The translations under genes were made by a program, and so were the position numbers. Below, piece after piece: positions 1 to 11,800 of a DNA stretch of 64,000 nt. Below the pieces are notes generated by a model. The model was given only the letters and a program-made list of their open reading frames with translations. It was not told the origin of the DNA and did no database searches. Each line of letters starts with the position of its first letter. Position 1 is the first letter of the stretch. Source of the DNA: Felis catus (lineage: Eukaryota); assembly GCF_018350175.1 (NCBI RefSeq), contig NC_058368.1, forward strand, positions 230,890,001-230,954,000. Direction: 5' to 3'.

Positions 1-656
1 CCGCCGAATGGCTCTCCCCGGCCTGGCCGCCTGGCCAGAGCTGTCTGCCGGCTGGAGGGAGGGCACCGTCCCACGTCTGGCTTCAGCTCGCCTCTGCAGG
101 GGCGTGGAGCCCGGGGAGCTCAGCTTGGGGCTCAAAACTTGACCTTCCCTCCGAGATTTGTGACCTGCTGCTTGTGTGGTCGTGGAAGAAACACTTAAAA
201 CCCTAGAGCCTGGGCTTGGGCTTCTTGGGTGTAACATGGGGGTAAAAATGAAGACCCCTCACGGGGAAAAGACCCCGGTCTGCACAGGATAAGGCACTTT
301 ACGAATGCCCGTTGTTGATCACTGGGAAAGTTAAGGGCTCTTTCAGCCAGGACTTCAAGGCTCATGTGTAGAGCCACACGCTGGCCTGGCCGTGGCCGAC
401 AGCTCCTGGTGGTCTCGTGGGCGCCTGCCCTTTGTAGCCCAGCCAGCCTCGTGCCATCCAGCCTTCCTCGAAGACCTCTCTTCCTGCACGTTTCCCTGAA
501 TCTGGGGCCTGAGCAGGCCATGTCCACTCGCTTACCCAGACTGTATCGACCCTTCTAGACCCACACGAGCTCCTTTGTCACAAAGCTTTCCCTCACTGCT
601 GCAGTCCCGGGGTCTGCCCCCACCTGACTTCTCTGCACATGAGCTCGACGTCCCTC

Positions 657-1022
657 TGCGTCAGTCGGCTCAGGCCCTCACAGAGTCATAGACTGGGCGG
701 TGTAAACAACAGAAATGTGCTTCCTGGCAGTCGTGGAGGCTGGAAGTCCAAGATCAAGGTGCTGGCGGTATTGGAGTCTTCTGAGGCCTCTCTCCTTGGC
801 TTGTGGATGGCTGTCTCCCGGCCGTGTCTTCGCCTGGTTCCCTCTGTGCGTGTCTGTGTCCAAATTCTCTCTTCTTATAAGGTCACCTCTCATAGTGGAT
901 TGGGACCCACCCTGATGACCTCATTTTAACTAAATGATCTCTTGAAAGACCCTGTCTCCAGCTACGGTCACATTCTGAGGTCCTGGGGGTTAGGCCTGGG
1001 GGCCACCGTGCTGCCTGTAACA
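657..1022 (-). mobile_element. MaLR LTR (MLT1A-like)
   Basis: Typical motifs: ggaggctggaagtccaagatcaaggtgctgg; cttcttataagg; gacctcattttaac; gtcacattctgagg. Confidence 0.8.
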
Positions 1023-2999
1023 GCCCCTCCCTTAGCATGGGGTCATCACCTGCTGAGGCCTTCCCGGCTGCCTGTGTTCTCTGTTTCCCTGAGATTGTCT
1101 TCTCTTTAAGGGAGTGTCATGCCCTAGATCACTTACGCACCACCGCGGGGCTCGAGGCCCCACTCGGAGGGCGGCGTGAGAAGGACGGAAAGAGGTACCT
1201 CACCCTAAATCAGCTAGTGATGGGCTAATCCGGAGGACGGGGCACAGCCCTTGTCGGGCAGAGCACGGAGAGGCACCAAGAGCGAAGCAGAAGAGAAAGT
1301 GCCTTAGGGGTCCTGAGGATTTTAAATGCCGAGAGTAAGAAAGTGTGGCCAGCGCAGCCCTCCCAGGGTATGAATGACACTAGACAAGGCCAAGTGCATC
1401 TGCCAGAGCCCCGGTTTCTAAAGAGAAGAGCTTCAGGCCCAAGCTGGGTGGGCGACCGTGCAGTCAGGCGGCTGGGGGCCGCAGGTAACTGTTGGCCGCG
1501 CCGACCCCTAGGTCTGCCTGCCCTTAACCTCTCCCTCTAAGCGAACAGGAGAGTACGAGCCTTCCCTCTCCCTCATTCCCAAACCGGGAAGCGTGGACCC
1601 CTGGCAGGGTTTATGTCACATTTGACAATTTCAAACACTTCCAAGAGGTTAAGTTTTGCATTCACTCATGTTTAAATTAAGGCTCTCAGTTGTGATTTTA
1701 TTAGCTACATCGCATTTTTTCCTCTGTCCCTTCTTTCCTCGTCCGACGTGCTCCCAGGGTGAGCACGGTGTTTCAGACCGTGCGTCTACAGCTAACCCTG
1801 TACCCAGCTCTCTAGCCCTTGCCACCTGCCCTGCCCAAGACAAACTAAGTGCCATCTGTCCGTCCCTCCGTACCTGCTTCTCTTTCGTCCCACCTTGCAC
1901 TTTAAGCCCAAGATGGAGGGGCTCTTGCAGCCACCCCCCAGCACGAACACACACAGCACGCTGTGTGCACCTCCAGTCCTGTGCCCACTGCACCCTCTGT
2001 GCCCAGAAGCAAGAGTCTGGATGTTTCTAGAAAAAAATCACACAACCTACCCTACTTGACTCACTCCAGATTTCATGGCAGGGCCCCGTCCAGCTCACCT
2101 TCTACTTCCTGAGGTGACTGTCCCCCTCAGCCCGTCTCTGCCCCACCTCCACTGTCTGAGCCCCCAGACGGTGAGAGCTCCCCCTGAGGAGAGCCAGGCC
2201 TTGGCCACCTGCGCATTCCCCCGTCCCTGGCCCTGAAGGCTGCCTAGCAAATACCAGAAGCTTCTCTTCCCTGCCCCCGTGCACCCTTGCTTGGGCCTCG
2301 GCTTCCCTGCCTGGGGAAAGGCCACAGAGTATGGAAGTTGTGTTTTTAAAATCTCTCTCTCCCCTCCTTAGAATACTCCGCGTGTGCTGGGCTCGGGGGT
2401 AGGCCTGTGGCGAAGCCCTGAGGGCAAGGCCAGCCCTGAAAGCATGGACACACCGCAGGCAGTCCCTGGGAGGGACTCAGGCTGGGACAGGTTGAGTCGG
2501 TGCAGAAGGATGACTGAGTCTGGGTTCTAAGCCTGGGTCTGAGCTGAACCGGGGCGTTTTCCCCTGGGCCACACCACAGGCCGAGTGGGAGGGCACCGTC
2601 TGCCCGTGCCTCTCACGGCCAGGTGCAGAGCTCTACAAGGTGAGGGGCTCCCCATCACCTCCAGAAGACCGTGCACGGTCCTCACTCGAGGTGTCTCCTG
2701 ATGTGACCTTCCCCAGCTGTGTTCCCCACACCTGCACCTCCCATTGTGTCTACTACTAGGTTGTGGTCTTGCTTTGCTCTCCCCTCCTCACTCTCTGGAC
2801 ATCCCCCCCACCCCCTGCACTAGGCTTCAAGACCTGATAAAAAAGTCGACCTGATCTCACCAAGAACCTTCTGTCACCTGTAAACCCCTTAGCAGACCTC
2901 CGTGACTCAGTGTTTTATCTGTGTTGTGGCTCTGGGGACAGGTTTCCCGGAGGCATCTTGGTGCCGTGAGGTGAGCTCAGGATGACGGATGGGGTTAAA

Positions 3000-3130
3000 C
3001 CTGGTTCTGCCAGGGTCACCCTGTGGCTTTCGCCACGTCCCCGTGACGCCCTGAGCCTCAGTCTCCCATTTTGGAGATGGGGCAGTAATACTTTGTTCAG
3101 AGGATTTTGCGGAGGGTTTAATGCGATAGA
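3000..3130 (+). mobile_element. MIR fragment
   Basis: ctgagcctcagtctcccattttggagatggggcagtaatac resembles the MIR core. Confidence 0.6.
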
Positions 3131-3255
3131 GGCTGGCGGAGCTCCCACGTGGCCAATAGCAGCCGGGAGATCCCAGGGTGCTCTGTCCCCCCTGAGACCT
3201 CAGGGAGGAAATGTTCTAGATGGGCCTGGTTGGGGCGGGGAGATAGTGTTTACAA

Positions 3256-3256
<1 letters not shown>

Positions 3257-3283
<27 letters not shown>
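3257..3283 (+). repeat. (TG)n microsatellite
   Basis: Direct observation. Confidence 0.95.
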
Positions 3284-3288
<5 letters not shown>

Positions 3289-3414
3289 AGATTAAAAACT
3301 GTTTCCAGATTAAAAACTGAATTGCCTCAGCACCGGTAGTGAAGTTTCCCTAACGTGTTTCTGAAGGTGGGGGGAGTAGAAACTCGGTGCTGCCCTCCCC
3401 CGCTCAGAGCACAG

Positions 3415-3575
3415 CCTGGTTCTCAGCCTTGAGTCGTGTCAGCGTCCCATGGGGGTGGGTGAGACACTGGGGTTTCTGACTGAGGAGGTTCTGAGGGGCC
3501 CGAGGACGTGCAGCTCCGGCCAACCCCCAGGTGCACCGATACTGCCTGGAAGGACCACACGTCCAACCACCGCTG
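3415..3575. mobile_element. MER5A-like hAT relic
   Basis: tggttctcagccttg...ttctgact...cccaggtg...ggaccacac pattern. Confidence 0.45.
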
Positions 3576-4082
3576 AAGGAATACAGGCAAAACACCTGCA
3601 AACCGTGTTTAGAGACGACCGCTCAGCTCTTTTGAGGGCCTCACCTGGGAACATGACAAGTCGCTAAATGTCAGCTGATTTTGCATCGACCGCTTTTCCC
3701 ATGCCAGTGTGAGCCGTGAGCACGTTCCTCGTGCAGCATTTCTCGCAGCCTGCTTCCTGGCACGCGGGTCCTAGAAAGTACTGATAACAAGTCCCGTGGT
3801 CAGAGACGCCAGGCAGGTGTCCTCCTGTGGTCTCCTGTGGAGAGACCCTCCCAGGGCCCCTCAGCCTGCGACCTGGCCCGAGAGAGCCACACAACCCCAC
3901 GTGCAGCCCTGTGCCCTGTGCGGGGGGAGGTTTATGAAGACAGCTGGGCAGCAGGCTGGGCTATGAGACCTTCTCCTTCTCCGGAGGTGGAATTTCTTTA
4001 ACATGTCACCTGTTTACCTCATTCCTCTCCGAAAGTACATTCAGTTTGGGTCTTAAACCTAGAGCGACAGTTACACCATCTT

Positions 4083-4296
4083 GGGGCAACTGTGTGGCTC
4101 GGTCACTTAAGCGTCTTGACTTCAGCTCAGGTCATGATCTCACGGCTCATGGGTTCGAGACCCGCGTCGGACTCTGTGCTGACAGCTCAGAGCCTGGAGC
4201 CTGCTTCAGATTCTGTGTCTCCCTCTCCCTCCCCGCCCCTCCTCTGCTCCTGCTGTGTCTCTCTTTGTCTCTCAAAAATAAATAAAAGTTAAAAAA

Positions 4297-4331
<35 letters not shown>

Positions 4332-4343
4332 ATAGAAATAAAA
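4083..4343 (+). mobile_element. CanSINE (SINEC_Fc) with (AAAT)n tail
   Basis: tRNA-like head, (CT)-rich body, A-rich tail, and degenerate TSD acagttacaccatctt/acagttatactctctt. Confidence 0.92.
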
Positions 4344-4925
4344 CCACCACAACAAAAAACAGTTATACTCTCTTAACTAAACTGTGGTGGGATCACATGA
4401 CATTGGGCTTTTGTTATCTGCTCTCCCACGTCGTCTGCCTGGCTTTTCATAGCAGTGTGGGTACTTCTGAACAGCAAATCTAAACACTTACAAACTCATG
4501 CAGTAGAACTTCACCAATCTGTATTAATTCTACCAAATGGTTGTGTGATAGACTTTTTTAAATTCCAAATTATAAAATATTTATTAAAAAATAGGGTATT
4601 GTTGCTTTCATGATCATACTGTAACTCGGACTTGTCTAATTACAGTGCTTCCAGCAGATTCCTCCTAGGGGGTGCATGATTTAATGCATAAGTAAGACTT
4701 CTGTATAACAAACATATCAGTTATTTGTGTATAAATTTTCATGTCGGGTGTTTTGGGTTTCTCCCCCAAACCTTTCTTCTTTAAGGGGTTAATATTCTTC
4801 CTACCATCTCGTTTATGTGGCCTGTCTGTGCAGCCACCTTAGAAGAAACCACCCCTGTGACAGCACCTGTGAGCAGCAAATGGAAGTTTGGGAGGGTTTC
4901 TTTTAGTGCATTTCGTCAGAGAAGA

Positions 4926-5370
4926 CTGTGTTTTCCAAACTGTGGGTTGTGGCCCATGGTGGGTCATGAAGTCAGGTCAGTGGGTGGAGACCAGTATTTC
5001 TTTTCATGTTTATTATTTATTTTTAAGAGAGAGAGAGAGACAGAATCTGAAACAGGATCCAGACTCTGAACTGTCAGCACAGAGCCCGACGTGGGGCTTG
5101 AACCACGAGCTGTGAGATCATAACCTGAGCCAAAGTCTGATGCTTAACCAACTGAGCCACCCAGGCGTCCCCCCCCCCCCCGCCTTCTTTTAATAAAATA
5201 GGATGAAACAGAAAATATCAGAGTGCATTCCAGGCTGTAGGAGTCAGACCATGTGTTTCATGTATGTATGTGGGTCTGTCTGCATGCACAGGGTCACAGT
5301 GTTAAAAGACCCAAGTTTTTTATTGTGGGTCATGGTCAAAATGCAGGACAGATCTTTGAGAAAATAGCTT
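4926..5370. mobile_element. hAT-Charlie-type MITE interrupted by an antisense CanSINE (5001-5172)
   Basis: ctgtgttttccaaactgtgggt...gtgggtcatgaa and ...gtgggtcatggtcaaaa...tttgagaaa flank a minus-strand SINE. Confidence 0.55.
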
Positions 5371-5766
5371 AAGCAATGGCAGAGTCGAAAAGCATGCCTG
5401 ACTTAAGATGAAACTTGTCTTCCTTAGTGTCCTGCTTTGGCCCCCTGTCCCCTTGTCCTCTCCGGGCTTTGCAGCACCGTGCACTGTAACCCACCCGGTA
5501 AATGAGCTCCAGCAACGCTGAGTTTGCACCGTCAGTGGGATTCCTTGGCCCTGTGAAAGGTTGATTCGTGTGCTTCGGACCAAAGAAGAGTTTGGGCACC
5601 TAAGGGGGCAATGACTGCACAAGGGCCAGGCACCAAAGTGGGCGACTGGTGGACAATTTACTCTGGAACTGGACTCGGGGGGTTGGTGCCCCCAGCGTCC
5701 ACCTTTGGATCAGTGCTGGCTGCCATATTGCAAAGTATTTTGAATATTGAACCGTAAATTATTATA

Positions 5767-5962
5767 GGGTCACCAGGGTGGCTGAGTCGGTTAAGCATCC
5801 AACTTCGGCTCAGGTCATGATCTCGCAGCTCTTGGGTTTGAGCCCCACATCGGGCTCTGTGCTGACAGCGCAGAGCCTGCTTCAGATTCTGTGTCCCACC
5901 CACCCCCTCTCTGCCCCTCCCCTGCTCTCCCTCTTTCCCTCAAAAACAGACCTTAAAAAAAA
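5767..5962 (+). mobile_element. CanSINE
   Basis: gggtggctgagtcggttaagcatcc...tcaggtcatgatctc...A tail. Confidence 0.9.
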
Positions 5963-6639
5963 TTTTTTTTAATGAACTGTAAATTGGTACAACCCAGCGT
6001 GCTGCCGTTGAGAAGACAGAGCCATCCCCAACCCCCTCTCCCTGGTCCCCCGCCCACCTGGGGTCTGGTGCCTCGCTCAGCTAAGTGCCGGTCTTCTGGA
6101 GCCCAGCGGAAACATCGGGCTCTTGCACCTGACGCCCCTGCTGTACCTACTCCTGTAGCGTCTCGTCCCTCCCAGTACAAGCTGTTTGCCTAAATGTAGG
6201 CCTCCCGTCAATCTCCCACCACTTGGTCCCCACCGGCCCCCAGCTGCCTCAGGTGTGTGCAGCCTAGCACAGTGCCTTGGAGGCGGATGGCTGGCTTCTC
6301 TTTAAAGCCGACCCCCTACGACTTCTCCGTGTGGGTTTGGGACTTGGCCTGCCCCCTTGTGTCTTAACAGTTGTGGGGATGCCGATCAGGAAAGGAGAAA
6401 TCACTTGGCCAAGGTTACGCGGTCAGGGGAAGACAGCGGTGGTTTGCACTGTTCCTGAGGAAAGACCAGAATACTCTACGTGCATGGGGATTCCCTGACA
6501 CCTGGACCTCTTAGTGACAGGGGCTGACCTGCTTTCCCCTCCACCTGCTCTCTGACCTGCAGTGTAGGCTTGACAGGCACACATCTGGCCACGTCTGCTA
6601 TGCAAGTTAATGTCTTTACTTTAAATCATTTCATGACCT

Positions 6640-6845
6640 GGGGTGCCTGGGTGGTTTGAGTCGGTTAAGCGTCCGACTTTGGCTCAGGTCCTGATCTCGC
6701 AGTCCGTGAGTTCGAGCCCCACGTCAGGCTCTGTGCTGACAGCTCAGAGCCTGGAGCCTGCTTCGGATTCTGTGTCTCCCTCTGTCTCTGCCCCTCCCCT
6801 GCTCATGCTCTGTTTAAAAAATAAATTAAAAACATTTTAAAAATT
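6640..6845 (+). mobile_element. CanSINE with perfect 20-bp TSD
   Basis: TTTAAATCATTTCATGACCT at 6620-6639 and 6846-6865. Confidence 0.95.
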
Positions 6846-6954
6846 TTTAAATCATTTCATGACCTTAGCTGTTCTCAAGTTAGTAAAGGTGTGTTCTTCA
6901 TAAAATTCCATGATAGTTTTGTCTCACAAACCATTAAAAGAAATTCTTCCTACA

Positions 6955-7142
6955 GGGTGCCTGGGTGGCTCAGTCAGTTAAGCATCTGACTTCAGCTCGG
7001 GTCCTGATCTCACAGTTCGTGGGTTCCAGCCCCAAATCTGACAGTGTGGAGCCTGCCTGGGATTCTCTGTCTCCCTCTCTCTCTGCCCCCCTTCACTTGC
7101 ACTTTCTCTCAAAATAAATAAACTTAAAACAAAAACAAAAAC
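6955..7142 (+). mobile_element. CanSINE with TSD gaaattcttccta
   Basis: SINE head, body and tail. TSD at 6940-6952 and 7143-7155. Confidence 0.92.
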
Positions 7143-7339
7143 GAAATTCTTCCTAGAACAGACGTTTCTTATCTGCCTAGGCATTGATTTGTAAAGTTAG
7201 TCTTAACCAGTCCGTCTGATTTCCTTAAAAGCCAGCGACATTTGGGTGAATTCATACAATTGTGCTATAGCCACAAAAGGTCTTGGGGTAGCTTCAGGTC
7301 TGGACTTTGGAAAACACTGGCTGCTGTTAGGGGCCAGGT

Positions 7340-7555
7340 TCATGACCATGGATCCTGCCTGGCTCCGCCTCTTACTGGCTGTAAGCCTGGGCAGCTTACT
7401 AAACTTCCCTGGGCCTGGGTGTCCTCGTCCGTAGATTGTGAGTGATGATAGCACTTCCCTGAGCAGGCTGTTGTGAAGATTACATAAGTCATGTGTCTGC
7501 GGCACCTAGAACAGCTCCTGGCACAGAATAGGAGAGAAATATTAGCTCTCGTTAG
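7340..7555 (+). mobile_element. MIR
   Basis: ctggctccgcc...ctgggcagcttactaaacttccctgggcct...gttgtgaagatta...cctggcacag. Confidence 0.7.
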
Positions 7556-8656
7556 TCGTATTCCATTATGTCTCTTTATCTCTGTTATTTTACAGTCAAA
7601 AACCTGGAACTGAAAGTAAATCCTAAGACTCTGTAAACGGATAGCTGTGGTGTTTATAGAATATTTAAGGCCCAGTGTGTTCAGAAGGACGCCTTTGCCT
7701 GTCCCCACTGTGTGACGCATTCCACGTACGAAGTCAGACCGGAGGCAGGTGGCCAGTGCTGTTCCCGGACACCGCAGCCCAATCGGGTGTTAGGGCATCT
7801 TTTCAGCGTTGCACCGTTTGATATAATTGCCGGTGCTGAGCTAAGCTCACTCTCCCAGGCCAGAATTTGGAGATGACTGTGGCTACTTTCTCGTCCCACC
7901 TGATCACACGTGTTTGAGAAATGCTTTGTTTCTGGGGATCTCACACGATTTCAGGGGCAGTAATTGCCCAAATGAATGTCACTTTGTTACGGCTCGTGAA
8001 ACTGATCTTCGACCTTGGTGCCGCTTGACCAAGGATTTAGAATTTCCCAACACACACATACCTTCAATAATTCCAGAAGAAAAGCAGCGTGCAAAGGCAT
8101 TGACTTGACCTTACTTTTAAACCTGCCCTCCCACCACCTCGCTCGTAAAAGGTTGTACTGAGTTGGAAAGGAAAATTGGAGGAGAGCAGACAGTGTCTTA
8201 GACCAAAGTCGAGTTCCCCTGCTTCCTGTTACCCAGCAGGATTTGCAGACAGTGCCTGCCCGTGAGGGGGGCGTCCGGCCTGGAGGGGCCGCTCCTGTTC
8301 CACCACAAAGACTAGGCGCTGGGCATCAGAGCCAGACACACAGCAGTAGAACATTCTCAGGCTCGTCCGTCCGTCCGGTGATGGCACAGTGCGTGGCGGG
8401 AGGGGGCCCCGCGGTGGTGGTGGAGGAGGAAGACAAGGAGGCGGGAGAAATGGACTCTTAGACAGGGTCTCCTGATAATCATGGTGGGTTCTCTTTCAGC
8501 CTTTGAGGTAAAGCACTTTCCAGATGGATACGCTGCTCTCAACTCTACATAAAAGCATAAATTCAACAGTCGAACTTGCCTTTAATCAGCGTCCCAGAGT
8601 GTGTCGATGCTGATGGGGACTTCTGCCCCAAAGGGTTCCAGATTCAAATGCATTTG

Positions 8657-8880
8657 GGGGGCGCCTGGGTGGCGCAGTCGGTTAAGCGTCCGACTTCAGC
8701 CAGGTCACGATCTCGCGGTCCGTGAGTTCGAGCCCCGCGTCGGGCTCTGGGCTGATGGCTCAGAGCCTAGAGCCTGTTTCCGATTCTGTGTCTCCCTCTC
8801 TCTCTGCCCCTCCCCCGTTCATGCTCTGTCTCTCTCTGTCCCAAAAATAAATAAACGTTGAAAAAAAAATTTTTTTTAAA
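8657..8880 (+). mobile_element. Young CpG-rich SINEC_Fc with TSD aaatgcatttggg
   Basis: Near-consensus sequence retaining its CpGs. TSD at 8646-8658 and 8881-8893. Confidence 0.95.
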
Positions 8881-11800
8881 AAATGCATTTGGGAAACATG
8901 GGTTCAGTGAAGTTAATCTGGTTTCCTTAGTTGGCTCCGGGTCCTAGTGCCTGACCCACGAAGGGGATACAGGAGGAGCGGTGTTGCCAAAGACTCAGTT
9001 GACCAAGATCACGCAAATCACGTTGCAAGACTGGAGATGGGCCGAACAGATGTGGGGCCACAGCGCGTGTGGCGGGTGGCAGGAGAGCAGTTTGCCGGAG
9101 AATCTGAGGACCCGGGTTCTTGTCCCGGCCCCGCCTCCTCCCAGCCAGCCCCCAGGCCACGGGGGACGTGGCCACCTCTCCCAGTCAGCTGCTTCCTTGT
9201 ATAAAAGGAGGCCAGGGCTACCCGTGTGCCACCCACCCTGCACACCTCGCAGCGGAGGGCCCTGGAACCTGGGCAGACAGGCTCCGGAGATCAGCAAAAG
9301 GCCTGCAGAGGTAAGACGGGGTGTTCGTGTGCCGTCCGTCGTCTCCGCCAGGAGAGGCGGTGGTGGAGCTGACCACTGGGGAGAAATTCTGGCTGCATCG
9401 GTTTTCTTCTGCCTTGCCCAGGTTTTGCTTACATGCGTGAACCGTGCTGACTCTGGATAGATACATGCATAGACCCGACCACAGCCTCCCCGGGTAATCC
9501 CAGAGTGAGTGAAGCGGAGGCTGCTCTTTCCCCCTTGACGGCTATGCCCTCCTGTGTCTTCCAAATCCAGTTCTGTCTGTCGGTGCCGGAGGGAGTGGTA
9601 GCCGGAGCCGCTTAGGAAGGCGTAATCGGAAAGTGCCCACATGTCCCCGGGACAAGCAGAATGCTCAGTCCGGAGGCCTCGGGAAACTGCGAAGGTTTTA
9701 CGTCTTCGTGCCGAAACTCACACGGTGGCAAAAACTGAACTGGTGTGAGGCTGCTTATGGTCCTTTCCCGGCTAATTTCCATACTTGGTGCAATATCCAT
9801 ACGTTTTGCTGTAGAAGATATGAATGAGTTTAAATATGGGGTGTTGCCCCAGGACCCCTGTGGGGGTGTTCATCATACATGATTGATGTAACATGTTGTC
9901 TTTAAACATTTTGAAAAAAAAAATCTGAAGTTTGAAACCCGTCTGGCCCCGCGGGTTCCAGGTAGGAGGTCAGGGGCTATAATGGAAACTGAGGCACCGG
10001 TGAAGCGAATGGCACCCACGCCGGCAGAGGGTTTGAGGAGCAGGCCGCGCTGTTGTGGATCAAGGTCACGGGCCGCCGCCCCGTGAAGAACGCTCAGCAC
10101 TGTCGTGGCGCCTGGCGAGACGCCTCCCCGCCCCCTCCCGTTGCTTCCCTCTTGAGGCCACAGACAAGGCGGGGGTGCCAGGCTCTGGACCGGGTTGGGG
10201 GAGGTGAAGGCACAGTCCCACCACGGACCCGCTCTCTCCCTCCATCAGGGCCCTTTGGGAGGCCGCCAGGGAGAAGGCTCCCTGATACCCCCTCGCCCAG
10301 GCTGTTCAGTAAAGAAGCAGTTGGCTCACACCCCAGGAAGCCAGCTACCGCCAGAAGCCAGCAGTGTTCCGTGAGCCTTAGAAATCTTGTTGCACCGGTC
10401 TGCTGTAAATTACTGAATCGACACTGCACATTTATAGCCACTTCTTAATAGTTTAATAACTGACTCATCCCTTCTGGATCCTTTCGTATATTTCTTTTAA
10501 TTGTTAGGGAAAAGAGGCCTTTTAGAGCTCACGTCATCGGGCTCCTGCCTCGGTGATGCTTCCAGAATGCTAAAACAGAATCCCACACAACTGCTCCTAA
10601 GCGTAGAGTACCTGACACAGCAAAGCGACCTGTCCACGTGGAGTCAGGCGTTTGCCCGCACCCGGGGGCTGCAGAAACCAGCCAGCCAGTCTCAGTCCCG
10701 AGACTCCCCTCACTGGCATTTCGTGTCCTGCCCTTGGTTCCGTGGATTGTGAGACACTACGGGCACCTCGGCATCATTAATACTGTTTCTGAGGGGGAAA
10801 AAGCCTCTCTGTGTCCACATAAGTGACCGCTCTGGCTTGGCACTGGCCCTCACTCATGTTCTTCAGTGCTTGGTGACAACAGGGAGTCGAGTCCACAGCA
10901 GCCGGCCGTGTGTCCTAACATGTACTTGAGATGAGCAACCATTGTTAGGAGATGGCCGTAGGTAAGGAAGAAGTTTCCAAATGAAGACCTGGGTCCTTCG
11001 GGCATTTGAGAATCCAGCTGAAGAGGCAAAGCCTGTAAGACTGTCTGCGTTGAGGGGACGGGTGGTGACAGAGGCTGCACATTTTGATCTTCTCCAGGCT
11101 CCTGAGAAGATGGTTTGGACGCTACAGTCCCTTTTGCATGGAACTGGACTTTTGTCATGGGTGAAGTCGCATTTCATAAAAAAAGACGCCGGTTTCTTTA
11201 CAAGGTTGGCTGCCTTTGAGCCAGGACCTCAGTCTGGTTACCTGTACTTTTGACCCATTCTAGATTTTTGGGGAAATACGGGAAGAGTCCTGCTAAGAAA
11301 TCCAGCCCTTGTTGGCACCTGCCAGGAATTGCCATATAGAAAGACAATGGGTTTTTCCTGTTAAATGTCTTAATTCAGACTCTTGAGAATGGTTTGAAGA
11401 AGGATGTACCCTTCCTTCTCCTTTTTCTGCCCCTAGCATCCATGTCCTTCAAGATCCAACCGATGGAAGTTTGACGTGAGGTGATCTGAAGAAGGGCCTC
11501 TTAGTCTCAGCCCTTTCTCACTAATTCAAGCCGTTTACTAAGTCAGGAACCCCAGGTTCCCTCCCCATCACCAGCTGGTCAGTAGGTAACAAAAATAAAT
11601 CCACCTGATCTCTGATGGCTCCCTTGCAAACCTCTGAGGCCCTCCATACACAAGGAGTCGCCTGCATTTCCAAGACGTGGGCAACAAACATCCCCAATTA
11701 ATCCCCTGGGGTAATTCGATCCCGCCTTTGCTGCAGCCTGGGCCAGCCGTGCTCACGCGGCATTGGCCGCGTTTGTTGAAGCTCTGTCTACACCAGACGC

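Noticed and set aside
8500..8507. 8-nt microexon-like AG|CCTTTGAG|GTAAAG
   Set aside because: Short pyrimidine tract, frameshifting length and mediocre donor. Likely chance.
8657..8740. tRNA-like A/B boxes
   Set aside because: Heads of tRNA-derived SINEs, not tRNA genes.
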